Source: a virus
Strand: one strand, 5' to 3'
Virus record (IMG/VR): IMGVR_UViG_3300034782_000053
Length of the DNA: 64,000 bases
Below are positions 34,510 through 44,216 of this stretch, one piece after another. The position numbers and the translations under genes were made by a program. Under the pieces are notes generated by a model. That model made no database searches and had not been told where the DNA came from. It was given only the letters and a program-made list of their open reading frames with translations. The number at the start of each line of letters is the position of its first letter. Positions within the stretch are counted from its first letter, which is position 1.

Positions 34510-34853
34510 TCCCGTCCACTTCCGACGAGGATCACCTGGTCGGCATTGATCTGCATCTTCTGCCGCTTGATGCCCTCGCTGTCCTCCCACTTCTTCGTTT
34601 CCATTCGTCCCGCGACGTAGATCGTTCGGCCGCGCTTGAGTAGGGTCGCCAGCGCCTTCGCTCTCTTCCCCCATATGATGACGTTGTGCCATTCCGCTTC
34701 GTCGGTCCAGTCCCCGTCGGCATTTCGTCGCCGCTCGTTGGTCGCGATCGAGAGGTTAAGGTAGGGAGTTCCTTTGCTCTTGGTCTCCCTGAGTTCGACC
34801 TCGCCACCGATGTTGCCGAGAATCTCAGCTCGGTTCAGTCCTTCTTGCCCCAT
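34506..34853 (-). CDS. ssb: single-stranded DNA-binding protein (SSB, OB-fold)
   Basis: ILGNIGGEVELRETKSKGTPYLNLSIATNERRRNADGDWTDEAEWHNVIIWGKRAKALA ... bacterial SSB core. Confidence 0.8.
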   Translation of the reverse strand: MGQEGLNRAEILGNIGGEVELRETKSKGTPYLNLSIATNERRRNADGDWTDEAEWHNVIIWGKRAKALATLLKRGRTIYVAGRMETKKWEDSEGIKRQKMQINADQVILVGSGRD

Positions 34854-35679
34854 CTTCGTTGCCTTCCGTGAAAAGTGGGAGCCCCTCTGTGTCGTTCCCT
34901 GGGCTATGGGAAGAGGCCCCCTGGGATTTGCGGCCCTTGTGCTGCTCTTCTTTTTTGACCCGCCTTTTTCGCGGCTTCTTCTTTTTGACTTCAGGGGGTA
35001 GGTCCGACTTGCTGAGCAGCCTGTAAAGCATGTCGAACGACTCGTCGTTCATCGTCCAGTAGTGAGTCTGTTCAATGGTGCGGCAAAGCCATTCTCCGGG
35101 CCTTGCCTTGAGTCCCATGCCTGGCGTGTGACCGTAGGGTTCACCGCCTTCGGCTCGCTTGGCTTCAAGAAGGTGATTGGTCGATGCAATTCTATAGTAG
35201 ACGCGCCACTCAAACTCGTGCTCGGCGGCGAAGTCCGGATCGCGAGCCGCCTCTATCTTGGCCGGGTCGACGTAGAACATCCCAGGCGTGTAGTCTGCGT
35301 AGCGAACCGTGCGCTTCTGCTCGTAGATCTTCGTCTTCAGGGTGTCCTTGGTCTCAAGCCAGACGTAGGCGACGCCACTCTGTGGGGGACCGTCGAAGTG
35401 TGGCCTGAGGTTCTGTCGCTGGACCTGCTCGTCGTTGAACTCGATGAAGGCTCCGTAATCGCCGATAACAACTCGGACGTATCCGCGAGAGATAACGGTG
35501 TCCATTCTGTTTTTGATGAGGGTATGCGGTGTTCCAATGATTGGAATGCGGAGCTGCTCCTCGTAGTGCGCACGAACGAGCTTCGCCTCCTCCGGGTCAA
35601 GAGGAGCGTAGAAATTCGGCTGCCCCTTCCGCTTCTGGAGAGCGACTTTTTCGAGGACTTTTGAGAGCGTTGGGTCCAT
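34825..35679 (-). CDS. hypothetical protein (about 285 aa) with basic C-terminal tail
   Basis: Internal ATG 35677-35679; motif GGGTTGCATATGTTACCCC (35687-35705) 8 nt upstream. Confidence 0.45.
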   Translation of the reverse strand: MDPTLSKVLEKVALQKRKGQPNFYAPLDPEEAKLVRAHYEEQLRIPIIGTPHTLIKNRMDTVISRGYVRVVIGDYGAFIEFNDEQVQRQNLRPHFDGPPQSGVAYVWLETKDTLKTKIYEQKRTVRYADYTPGMFYVDPAKIEAARDPDFAAEHEFEWRVYYRIASTNHLLEAKRAEGGEPYGHTPGMGLKARPGEWLCRTIEQTHYWTMNDESFDMLYRLLSKSDLPPEVKKKKPRKRRVKKEEQHKGRKSQGASSHSPGNDTEGLPLFTEGNEDGARRTEPS

Positions 35680-35698
35680 GGGCTCAGGGTTGCATATG

Positions 35699-36544
35699 TT
35701 ACCCCCGAGAGGGGGGAAAGTCAACATCTGGGAGCACCAGCTCGGGCTCGAATCTGGCGAGGCGGCTCATCATCGCTCCGACGGCATGCGCGTTCGAGTC
35801 GACCATCGTGAAGATGCGCCCATTGCGCCCCGCGGCCTCACCGAATGTCCCACTGCCGGCGAAGAAGTCCAGAAGATGGTCTCCAGAGTTCGAGTGAACC
35901 TTCACTATCCGCTCGATGAGCCCGATGGGCTTCTGGGTCGGGTAGCCAGTCTTCTCCTTGCTGTTCGTCCCCACGATGGTGTGCCACCAGACGTCGCCTA
36001 TGGGCTCGTCGCCGACTTCGAGACCTGGAGCTTTGAAAACGATCTTTTCGGCCTCTTCAATGTTGAAAACGTAGTCCTCAGGATTCTTGGCGTACCAGAG
36101 AATGGTGTCGTGCTTGGTAGGCCACTTATACTTCGATCGGCCACCGAAGTCGTAGGCCCAGATGATCTCTCCCATGAAGCAATCAGAGCCAAAGACCTGA
36201 TCGAGGACGACCTTGATGTAGTGGACCTCGCGATAATCCAGGTGGACGAACAGTGAACCATTCATCCTGAGGATTCTTCGAGCCTCGGCCAGGCGTGGCT
36301 CCATGAAGCCTATGAAGTCGGCAGAATAGTCGTCGTAGGAGCCCGAGTCCGCAAGCTTCTCGGTTCGGTATCGAGCGCCGCCAAAGCCCTGGCGGTTGCC
36401 TTCGTCGTCGCGAATGGTCCTGATGCGCTGCCGCCGCTGCCGCTTGCCCGTGTTGAAGGGCGGGTCGATGTAGATGAGGTCGTAGTGCTCGTCAGGCTCG
36501 TCGACCAGCCATGGAAGGTTGTTCCGGTGGATGACTCGGTTCAT
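35699..36544 (-). CDS. DNA amino-methyltransferase (beta class: N6-adenine or N4-cytosine)
   Basis: Motif IV IYIDPPFN precedes motif I FFAGSGTFGEAA; internal ATG 36544 overlaps upstream stop (ATGA). Confidence 0.75.
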   Translation of the reverse strand: MNRVIHRNNLPWLVDEPDEHYDLIYIDPPFNTGKRQRRQRIRTIRDDEGNRQGFGGARYRTEKLADSGSYDDYSADFIGFMEPRLAEARRILRMNGSLFVHLDYREVHYIKVVLDQVFGSDCFMGEIIWAYDFGGRSKYKWPTKHDTILWYAKNPEDYVFNIEEAEKIVFKAPGLEVGDEPIGDVWWHTIVGTNSKEKTGYPTQKPIGLIERIVKVHSNSGDHLLDFFAGSGTFGEAAGRNGRIFTMVDSNAHAVGAMMSRLARFEPELVLPDVDFPPSRG

Positions 36545-36894
36545 TGTATATCTTGGCAAAGCGGACAGGTTCGAGAGAGCCCATCGTGTTTGACTGGGAG
36601 CGTCCTGAACCACTCGATGTCGAAGACGAGCCAGTAGATTTCATATCCCCAGTCAGGGCATTTTCCGATAAAAATTTCTGCCCTGTCGGTGACAGTTGTT
36701 CCGTCAGGGGCATAAACGTGCTGTGGCATGCCAGGGTGTTCGAGCGGTACTCTGTAGGTGAGCTTGAATCCCTCAATGTCAAAATAGACGAAACCGTCTA
36801 AAACTCGGCAGTTTGTTATGGTAGCTCGTTCGAGCTTTTCCTCAAGCCAGCACGGTCTCGATGTGGTACCCAGATTGATGGACTGATCAGGCAT
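36541..36894 (-). CDS. hypothetical protein
   Basis: ORF; internal start assumed to avoid overlap. Confidence 0.35.
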   Translation of the reverse strand: MPDQSINLGTTSRPCWLEEKLERATITNCRVLDGFVYFDIEGFKLTYRVPLEHPGMPQHVYAPDGTTVTDRAEIFIGKCPDWGYEIYWLVFDIEWFRTLPVKHDGLSRTCPLCQDIQ

Positions 36895-37777
36895 CGGACC
36901 CCTCCTGCGCGAACGGCTTGCCGTTCTGTGCTGCCTCTCTGACGAGGTCCATTTCATCCATAGGCTGCTCTGGCTTCACCTGTGTCTTGGCGACCTCGAT
37001 GTTCTTGAGCATCTCACCGTCGACAATTGCCATTGATGGAACCCAGCCTGAGCCCTTGACGAACTGCACGACAGCATCGCGGCTCGGTGGCTCTCTCTCC
37101 TCCGGGGGTTTTTGGTGCTCGAAGTAGTCTCCGCCTTCTACAAGGTATTCGACCAGCGCTTCCGCGGTCTCGAAAACAGGAGTGGTTGGCGATCCCTCGC
37201 TGACATGTTCCCAGACCTGCCATCCTTCGCCTTCAGGAGGCGGCGTTTCTTTCCATTCGTCGCAGTGCTTCTTGTGAGCGTCGTCTCGATATCTGCGACC
37301 TGTTCCGTCGCACACATGGCACTTCGTTTCGATGCCTGCCTTCTTTGCCCTGTGGCCGCATACGATCCACTGGTTGATTGAGTCATGGACCATTGGGCTC
37401 GTTCTGGAGGCTTCGTTGACGACCTCGGCCGGAGGGTAGTACTGCGATCCGTCCTCGTTGAGAATAGGCACCCACTTCCTCTGTTCGCGGTCCCACGTTG
37501 CCGAGAAGTGCCAAAGACGATGATTGTCGACGAGGAGATTGACCTCTTCCTGGGTAAGCTGATGCTGCGTTGCGGTGTCGTCCTTGGTAGTAGGGTTCCA
37601 GTGCCCCTCTGGATTCCCCCAGTACCACTCGTTCACCAGTGCCTTCATCTCCTTCGATTCTCCACTGCCACCGCAGTTAGGGCATTTTAGTGGCGGATCG
37701 GGATTGAGAAAGCCTCCCCACGTCTTGCCCATCGGCCACTTGAAGTCGATCGGAACTCTTTTGATTTCGCGTCCCAT
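36887..37777 (-). CDS. hypothetical zinc-binding protein (296 aa)
   Basis: CPNCGGSG ... CHVCDGTG zinc-ribbon pairs. Confidence 0.45.
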   Translation of the reverse strand: MGREIKRVPIDFKWPMGKTWGGFLNPDPPLKCPNCGGSGESKEMKALVNEWYWGNPEGHWNPTTKDDTATQHQLTQEEVNLLVDNHRLWHFSATWDREQRKWVPILNEDGSQYYPPAEVVNEASRTSPMVHDSINQWIVCGHRAKKAGIETKCHVCDGTGRRYRDDAHKKHCDEWKETPPPEGEGWQVWEHVSEGSPTTPVFETAEALVEYLVEGGDYFEHQKPPEEREPPSRDAVVQFVKGSGWVPSMAIVDGEMLKNIEVAKTQVKPEQPMDEMDLVREAAQNGKPFAQEGSDA

Positions 37778-37786
37778 GCGGTCCCC

Positions 37787-38176
37787 TTAGTTGTCTTCGA
37801 TGTTGTGAGAAACTTCGTATGCGGATGCGCCGCCTGCTGCCAATACGATAACGTAGGCTGTCCCATAACGAGGTTGCCGGCGCAGGATGATTTTGAGGTC
37901 AGGAACTCTATCCACGATGAGCTTGACGGTCTCCCTCGGGATGATTCCACGGGCGATAGGGGTCATACCCTGCTCGCGGAGCTTCTGCCATTGCGCTTCG
38001 TTGTCAGGCATCAGTGCGTCAGCGAGTGGTCGCCAGTCAGGGTCGTCTACCTCGATGGCGATAATGGCGAATTCTCTGATGGCCATCTTCTTGACGTTAA
38101 TGGCTCGCCAGGCGAGTTGTGAAAGTCGGTCGATTTGCCCTTCAAAAAGCTCCTCGCGTCGTTCTTGTCCGGTCAT
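37787..38176 (-). CDS. hypothetical protein
   Basis: ORF (129 aa). Confidence 0.45.
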   Translation of the reverse strand: MTGQERREELFEGQIDRLSQLAWRAINVKKMAIREFAIIAIEVDDPDWRPLADALMPDNEAQWQKLREQGMTPIARGIIPRETVKLIVDRVPDLKIILRRQPRYGTAYVIVLAAGGASAYEVSHNIEDN

Positions 38177-38529
38177 TGTTTTCGTGTTCTATCTATGTTC
38201 GGGATCGGGTTTTCAGGGCCGAATAGCTCCCTCGGTCCCGATCGGAATGGGTTGTTGGGCATGATGCAGTTGTCGGTCGGTCCAATGATGAAAAGGTTTT
38301 TCCCAAGCACTCTCCACTGATAGAGAGCACACCAGTGTCGCTGATTCTGTTCATCCCATTGAAGATGCAGGCAGGGGAGGTCGGGGTACCAAGGCTCGTT
38401 CCGAAGGACGTGTGACGCCATCGAAACGCTGCAGGGGCTATGGCAGCAGCAATATCCGCAGCCAACACACTTCTTGGTCGACCCGTATTTTTCCGAAGAC
38501 GACATCAAACCGGCCAGCTTTTCAAGCAT
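38173..38529 (-). CDS. Cys-rich hypothetical protein
   Basis: CVGCGYCCCHSPC cluster. Confidence 0.4.
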   Translation of the reverse strand: MLEKLAGLMSSSEKYGSTKKCVGCGYCCCHSPCSVSMASHVLRNEPWYPDLPCLHLQWDEQNQRHWCALYQWRVLGKNLFIIGPTDNCIMPNNPFRSGPRELFGPENPIPNIDRTRKQ

Positions 38530-38569
38530 TTTGACCTCCGATGTCAGTATAACCCCAAGCCCGCTTTTC

Positions 38570-39205
38570 TTAGCGGCTCCTCAGCTCGTCGTTAAGAATC
38601 GCCAGGCATTCGGGGCAGAGGGTGCTGGAATGAACGCCGATCCGAGTGAGCTTGCGCCAGTCCTCCTTCATCACCCGCATCTGAGTGCAGAGGACGTGAG
38701 CGGATTCTTCGTCCTTGTTTCCGGTGAGCGCGTGGGCCACCACGTTCCTTTCGCCGATGTGCTTTTTTTCTCGGTACCAAGCCCGGTCTTGGAAGCCAAC
38801 CGTCCTTTTTCTCTCGGCTTCCAGGGCGCGCAGATGGGAGAGGGTGTCGCGCTCCTTGTTGGTCAGCTCGCCGCGCTCCAGAAATTCTTCAAGCCAAATC
38901 GGAAAGCCGTTTCGGAGGCACATATATTCCAGGGCCTCTCGGAAAATCAGGGCTTCGTCCACTTGTGGATTCGTCCTGAGGACTTCTATGATTCGCATGG
39001 CGTCGGTATCGAAAGCCGTTCGAGTGCTTTCGCTTGTTTCATCAAACGGTGTTTCTGTAAATTCCTCCCAAAACTTGACGTCGCGGGCTTCGAGCGAGCC
39101 GTCGCCGGTCGTTGGGTGCTTGAGTAGTTGGGAGAGAATGTTGCCCACGACTCCGGTCGCGACGCCGTGGACTATTTGAGACAATTGCTTTCTAAGATTC
39201 TCCAT
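38570..39205 (-). CDS. hypothetical protein
   Basis: ORF (211 aa), C-terminal CPEC. Confidence 0.45.
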   Translation of the reverse strand: MENLRKQLSQIVHGVATGVVGNILSQLLKHPTTGDGSLEARDVKFWEEFTETPFDETSESTRTAFDTDAMRIIEVLRTNPQVDEALIFREALEYMCLRNGFPIWLEEFLERGELTNKERDTLSHLRALEAERKRTVGFQDRAWYREKKHIGERNVVAHALTGNKDEESAHVLCTQMRVMKEDWRKLTRIGVHSSTLCPECLAILNDELRSR

Positions 39206-39608
39206 CCTTTATCACCTGTTCCGCCTGTGCGATGTATTCCTTGGCCGCTTTGGTGTACTCGTCCCTGCTCTTGCCTTCGCGAGCGAGCTTGCCGATGAGC
39301 TTGTGCATGTTCCCGATGATGTCGTCGGGGAGCGTCTCGACCTTGGCGCCGAGAATCGGGTGCTCAATGCCGAGTTCTCTCCAGATTCCGGCCGTCTTCT
39401 TCTCCCTGACGGCTTCGAGGGCGAGGGTGTTGCCGATGTTGAATTTGACCAGCTCGTCGAGGGTCATGCCGTACTCGGTCAGGGGGTGTCGTCCGAGCCA
39501 CGCGCGGTAGTCGTCGTGAAGCTGCGTCGCCTGCTCCTTGTTTTCGACGCTCGCGACCAGAATTTGAAGGCTGGCGGTTGCGAAATGTTCGGGCTTTTCG
39601 TAGGCCAT
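39192..39608 (-). CDS. hypothetical protein, tandem paralog A
   Basis: Shares MAYE...QRLHDDY...ELVKFxIG...WRxxGIEHPILG with 39673..40149. Confidence 0.5.
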   Translation of the reverse strand: MAYEKPEHFATASLQILVASVENKEQATQLHDDYRAWLGRHPLTEYGMTLDELVKFNIGNTLALEAVREKKTAGIWRELGIEHPILGAKVETLPDDIIGNMHKLIGKLAREGKSRDEYTKAAKEYIAQAEQVIKDGES

Positions 39609-39672
39609 TGTGTTCTCCTTATCCTGCTGTCACGACCATAACCCGTGGGGCGTGTGCTTTTCCATAATTAAC

Positions 39673-40149
39673 CTACTCCTGCGACTTCATTGCGTCCTTG
39701 ACGAAGTCGAACTCGGACATCTCTTGATGGACGACGTCGCGAGCGGCTTCGATGGCTTTTCTGAAGCCGAGTCCTTTTTTCGTGGCTTCTGAAAACGCCA
39801 TCCCGGACTTCATGATGACTGTCGGCGGGACCTCGTAGAGCTTGTCGCCCAGGATGGGGTGCTCGATGCCCATCTTTCGCCAGATCTCGATCTGCTTGGG
39901 ACCGGCACCGTAGCCCAGCGCGTAGCCGATGTGGAACTTGACCAGCTCGGGAGCTGTCAGCTCGTGCTCCAGTGTTTGAGTTCCGACGAAATAGAAGTAG
40001 TCGTCATGGAGACGCTGAGCCTCCTCGGCGGTGTGAACTTTGAGGACCAGGCTGTTGATCTCTCCGTCTTTGAATTCCTTGCGTGATTCGTAGGCCATGT
40101 CAGTCTCCGAGTATCTCGTTTCTGTTGTCGATGGGGATAAACCCATCAA
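39673..40149 (-). CDS. hypothetical protein, tandem paralog B
   Basis: See paralog A. Confidence 0.5.
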   Translation of the reverse strand: MMGLSPSTTETRYSETDMAYESRKEFKDGEINSLVLKVHTAEEAQRLHDDYFYFVGTQTLEHELTAPELVKFHIGYALGYGAGPKQIEIWRKMGIEHPILGDKLYEVPPTVIMKSGMAFSEATKKGLGFRKAIEAARDVVHQEMSEFDFVKDAMKSQE

Positions 40150-41056
40150 GCTGTTGTTCCTTGATTTGGATGAACACGTCGTAGGCGCTCTGCTTCGTCT
40201 TGTAGACGTCTAGGGGGAGGTTAGCGATCCAGAAGACCTGCTCGGCTGTCAGCGTGAGGTGGTAGGGTTCGAAGTCGAGGGGGTCGCGCTCCATTATATC
40301 GGGATCGAGGGGGTCGCGCAGGTGTGCGCCCACGTCCTCAAGATCCATGACGACTTCTTCCATCCACTCGAACTCATATGTCTTCTCGGCGTCCTCGTCG
40401 AAATCTGGCCATGGGTTACGTTGGGCTATCATACCGAGGAGTTTGTTGCCTCCGCGGTCGTATTCGCCGGAGTTCTCTCCAATCCAGATGTAGGGCTCCT
40501 TGGCCTCGAAGCTCCAGCGCGTTGGATCCATGATGCGGCCGTCGGGGAGAAGTATCCATCCGTGCCGAATGAAAGGGTGCTCGCTACGAGCTGCCCAATA
40601 GCCGTCTTCTGAAGCTCCGCCAAGGAAGTGTCCGTACACAGCCTCTCCCTCAACGAGTCCTTTTTCTACGATCTGGCAGGCGACGCCATAGCAGTTGCCC
40701 TCCCATTTTTCGATGGGCCAGTCGATGGCCTTTTCGACCTCTTCGATAGTCAATTGCATGTTTTGCTCTTTTCTGCGCAGGCATGCTGTGTAATGACCCT
40801 GGCCTCCGCTTAGATCGAACATCTCCCATTCACCTTCGAATTCTGCCATCTGCTCCTCGAACCCCTTGGTGATGTTGTCGTTGGAAACGCTCCACGTGTA
40901 GAACGCCATCTCCACCGGGACTCCACTCAGGATGTAGATAGTGCCATACCAATCGTTGTTTGGTCCTTTGTAGCTGAAATCTTTTGTGCTGACGTCTTCG
41001 GGGAGCGCTGCGGCTTCCTTGCCATAGATCATCTCTCTGTACTTCTGGTAGCTCAT
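40100..41056 (-). CDS. hypothetical protein (possible papain/NlpC-like thiol hydrolase fold)
   Basis: Internal ATG 41056 overlaps radical SAM stop (ATGA); weak C...H pattern (NCYGVACQ ... RHGWILLPDGRIMD). Confidence 0.35.
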   Translation of the reverse strand: MSYQKYREMIYGKEAAALPEDVSTKDFSYKGPNNDWYGTIYILSGVPVEMAFYTWSVSNDNITKGFEEQMAEFEGEWEMFDLSGGQGHYTACLRRKEQNMQLTIEEVEKAIDWPIEKWEGNCYGVACQIVEKGLVEGEAVYGHFLGGASEDGYWAARSEHPFIRHGWILLPDGRIMDPTRWSFEAKEPYIWIGENSGEYDRGGNKLLGMIAQRNPWPDFDEDAEKTYEFEWMEEVVMDLEDVGAHLRDPLDPDIMERDPLDFEPYHLTLTAEQVFWIANLPLDVYKTKQSAYDVFIQIKEQQLDGFIPIDNRNEILGD

Positions 41057-41997
41057 TGCTTTGCATCTCCGGGCCATGGTTTGAGTTCGCGCTGTATTTC
41101 CTCTTCGTCCCAATCCTTCCACGTCCCTTTTGCGCGCGTCCGAGCATCGGCACCTTGTTGTTCGTTGGCTTTTAAATAACCTTCGACGACGAAGTAGAGG
41201 TCGCTGAAGGTTCCGTCGGTGAAGTAGTTGTAGCTGTTGACGGTCGTCTTGACGGTTCTCCAAAAGACGACGTCCATGCCGTAGATGTCGAAGACGTCGG
41301 CATCTCCCCAAAGCTGCGCCTTGATCGGAAAGATCTGCCTGACCTGCGTGTAGACCTCCTCGTAGGCGATCATGTCAGGGATCAACTCCTCGACGCGCGT
41401 GTCCGTCGAGACGCGGCGCACCTGGACATAGCGAACGTTTGGGAACCGCTTGATGTAGCGGAGCAGCTCCCAGAACTCGAATCGATTGCAGCGGTTTAGC
41501 ACGATCGAGATGCGGGGGTGCTCGGTGTTGGGGATGATGGTCTCCCACTCGGGGTGCTTGCGGCGTCCCATGATCATCCGTAGCGTCGTCGTGCGCAGCG
41601 AATGGATGGAGTAGCCGACGCTGCAGTTGCACCGGTTGATGGTGTCGAGTAGCCCTGGGGCCTCGTAGCCATTCGTGCGCAGGCCGACGCGGAAACCGCG
41701 GCCTTGGAGGTGAGCGATCAGCTCGTCGACGTACTGGTAGAGCAACGAATCAGTGTTTTGACCGGTGACGTAGACCTTCTGGATGCCGTCGGCCTTGCAG
41801 CGGTCCAGGAAGGGCTCGAAGTTCGCCCACTCCTCGAAGTGCGTCTTGCGCTGGTCGTGCGGGGCGAGCTGGTCGCGAATGTCTTCGCCCAAGCAGAAGT
41901 AACACCGGACGTTGCAGCGCCCGAGGAGGTTGATGTTCGCGAACGTGGGGGCTTCGCGGTCTCGCTGCTTGTCGGTGTTGATTAGGAGGTTGGTCAT
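41053..41997 (-). CDS. radical SAM enzyme (second copy)
   Basis: CNVRCYFC (Cx3Cx2C) near N-terminus. Confidence 0.75.
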   Translation of the reverse strand: MTNLLINTDKQRDREAPTFANINLLGRCNVRCYFCLGEDIRDQLAPHDQRKTHFEEWANFEPFLDRCKADGIQKVYVTGQNTDSLLYQYVDELIAHLQGRGFRVGLRTNGYEAPGLLDTINRCNCSVGYSIHSLRTTTLRMIMGRRKHPEWETIIPNTEHPRISIVLNRCNRFEFWELLRYIKRFPNVRYVQVRRVSTDTRVEELIPDMIAYEEVYTQVRQIFPIKAQLWGDADVFDIYGMDVVFWRTVKTTVNSYNYFTDGTFSDLYFVVEGYLKANEQQGADARTRAKGTWKDWDEEEIQRELKPWPGDAKQ

Positions 41998-42194
41998 TCG
42001 TGTTCTCTGCTCGATGTGATGTTGTGAAGCTCGTTGAATCCAAACACGTACTTGTGTCCACCTCGGGCCATGACCAGTGCGTCCGCGTCGTTGTTGAGCG
42101 AGTCGAGGATCTCTACGTCGCCAACGACCTCATGCCATGCCCACATGGCTTCAGGGTCTCGCCACTCGATCATGGCTCGTCCTTGGGCGGGCAA
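41994..42194 (-). CDS. small hypothetical protein
   Basis: ORF (66 aa). Confidence 0.35.
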   Translation of the reverse strand: MPAQGRAMIEWRDPEAMWAWHEVVGDVEILDSLNNDADALVMARGGHKYVFGFNELHNITSSREHE

Positions 42195-42346
42195 GTGAAC
42201 TCCTCGTCAGAGATCTCTTCGAGTACCCAGCGGAGCGCTTCTTCAACGCCCTCCTCGTAAGTCATGCCGCCGTACTTCGTCGACCCAGCGGGAGGTAGTC
42301 GGTCGAGCACTTCTTCAATTTCGTCTGCAGCTCTCATGGTCAAAAA

Positions 42347-42360
42347 GTAGCATATGCAAC
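42347..42360. promoter_or_regulatory. palindromic motif GTAGCATATGCAAC heading the long leftward operon
   Basis: 10 nt upstream of a 55-aa minus-strand ORF start (ATG at about 42337). Confidence 0.45.
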
Positions 42361-42415
42361 ATTGATTGGGAAGCCTTTTTTCTGAGTAATACGAAAGCTT
42401 TGTGCGTCTTGAGGA

Positions 42416-42700
42416 CTATTTATTAGACGGAATGACAGTGACCACCGGAATAAACACCGGCTTGTGAGGAAACGAAGCCGATCCCAGCCGAAACACTTTT
42501 TTCCAGTGCGGATTTTCAGTGACAGTGAGCGTTGTCTCTTGCGGCTGATCGCCGTCTTTCGGCGCAAGAGCCATTTGGATAGTGTGACCCTTCGCCGGGA
42601 GCGCCACAAAGCGTTCGTCGACCTCTTTTGGCCAGTGGCGACGACCCTTTTCGATTCGGATGATACAAGGGATACGGTGGTTCATTGAAAATTGCTCCAT
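42416..42700 (-). CDS. hypothetical protein
   Basis: ORF (94 aa). Confidence 0.4.
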   Translation of the reverse strand: MEQFSMNHRIPCIIRIEKGRRHWPKEVDERFVALPAKGHTIQMALAPKDGDQPQETTLTVTENPHWKKVFRLGSASFPHKPVFIPVVTVIPSNK

Positions 42701-43033
42701 GGGGCTGAAATCAAGCCGATCGCCGATTTTATCAAGGTGAGAGGCCCTTTGGGGGCACTATGTTTTTATTGCAGAATCACCTTGACCGTTTTTTTACCCA
42801 TCTTGGGGACGCCGGCCGAGCTTAGTGGCGATCGATCGTTTCCAACCGTTCACTGGAAATTTTTATTGCGTAAGGATTCCGATAAGTTGTGAGTCAGCTT
42901 GATTTCGGTTTTATGCCAAAGAGCGCCTAAGTGCCCGAAATCACACGATTCTGTACCCATGATAATCTAGCTTTTCGGGGGTACAGATCGATTTGGGAGA
43001 TCTGCACCCTCGATCGATCAGTCAAGCGGATTC
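42701..43033. other. 330-bp non-coding, AT-richer, GATC- and repeat-rich region (candidate replication origin or regulatory hub)
   Basis: 8 GATC sites, repeated TCGATCGATC, TTGGGGGCACT x2, inverted repeats CTGTACCC/GGGTACAG and CAGATC/GATCTG, T-tracts. Confidence 0.35.
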
Positions 43034-43396
43034 ATGTTGTTGAGATCATTGGGGGCACTGCGCTCTCAGCTTGACATTCTTACGCAAGTACTCACAATGC
43101 CCCCTCGTGAGCGATCCGGGGTAGTGATCGCCAGAGGTGACGATATGATGGGTCAGAGGGGGGCAGCAAGAGAGCTTGAGCCCCAGGAGAGCTGCATTAC
43201 GCCGCAACCGGTGGCTGTTACGCCGCAAGAGGCAATTTCTGAACACTTGTCAGTGCATCAGTGCCCTTACTGCCTGAGCAAGCGGACGAATATGGCGATT
43301 TGTGGGTGGACACACCGCATCATGCAGTGCGATGTCTGCGAACGACAGTGGCTAATCGATCGAAAGGGCGACGTCGTCGCTTTCGACAACGGTTGA
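43034..43396 (+). CDS. zinc-ribbon protein (120 aa)
   Basis: HQCPYCLSKR ... CDVCERQW. Confidence 0.45.
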   Translation: MLLRSLGALRSQLDILTQVLTMPPRERSGVVIARGDDMMGQRGAARELEPQESCITPQPVAVTPQEAISEHLSVHQCPYCLSKRTNMAICGWTHRIMQCDVCERQWLIDRKGDVVAFDNG

Positions 43397-43397
43397 G

Positions 43398-44072
43398 CTA
43401 CGCCGAGACACGTTTCTTGAAGGCATCCAGCGAGATAGCTTGCAGGTTCTTCACCTTATCCCGCAGCTCCTGAGCGTTTTCGCCGCCGAATCTCTCGTAG
43501 GTGGCAAGGAATTCCTCCCAGGTCGGCTTGATGGACTTCACGTACTTGCGTGTTCGCCGGATTTGCGCGTCGCCCCACGGAGCGAAGCCCTGTCCCATGC
43601 CGAGCTGACGGCATAGGTGCCAGTCCGTCGCCGTCTGGAAGGCAAATCGGTCGAACAGAAGCATCTCCCAGTCCATCGTGTGGAAGATGAACGCGAAGAA
43701 GTCACACTTCGCGCGCCTGTTGATGCCGAATCCCTGATACCACTCGTCCCCGTGCAGCCATTTGATCCAGATGTCGATGTAAATGCATTTAAAGATGTTG
43801 GATCGAAACTTCTCTTCTATTCGGTGAAGCCCTTCGTCGGCAATAACGATCTTGTCGACGAGCTGTTGTTGGTGCTTGTTGTACTCGCCGTCGTCGCTGA
43901 CCTGGTGATGAGTGACTCGACCGAGGAGGTGCGGATGCTTTTTGTAGCCTTCGAGGACTCGTGGGTCCATTGAAAGCTGGCGGGTGCTGTCGATTCGTTC
44001 CTTGACGTCGTGATACGTTGCGGTTTTGCGGCCTCGGCTCATGGTTCCCTCCATTTCTAGCCGTTGCCACAC
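43398..44072 (-). CDS. hypothetical protein
   Basis: ORF (224 aa). Confidence 0.45.
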   Translation of the reverse strand: MWQRLEMEGTMSRGRKTATYHDVKERIDSTRQLSMDPRVLEGYKKHPHLLGRVTHHQVSDDGEYNKHQQQLVDKIVIADEGLHRIEEKFRSNIFKCIYIDIWIKWLHGDEWYQGFGINRRAKCDFFAFIFHTMDWEMLLFDRFAFQTATDWHLCRQLGMGQGFAPWGDAQIRRTRKYVKSIKPTWEEFLATYERFGGENAQELRDKVKNLQAISLDAFKKRVSA

Positions 44073-44216
44073 CCTCCTTCGAAAGTTTGGGGTGTTGGTT
44101 TGCGTCGGTGCAAGCGCGAGTCGCGCTTTTTGTTAAAAATGTGTGTCTTATTATTACACGCCCTCTCGGGATCACTTCGGAGCTGCGGTGAGAACGCTTT
44201 TTCATGCTTGCCCGAG

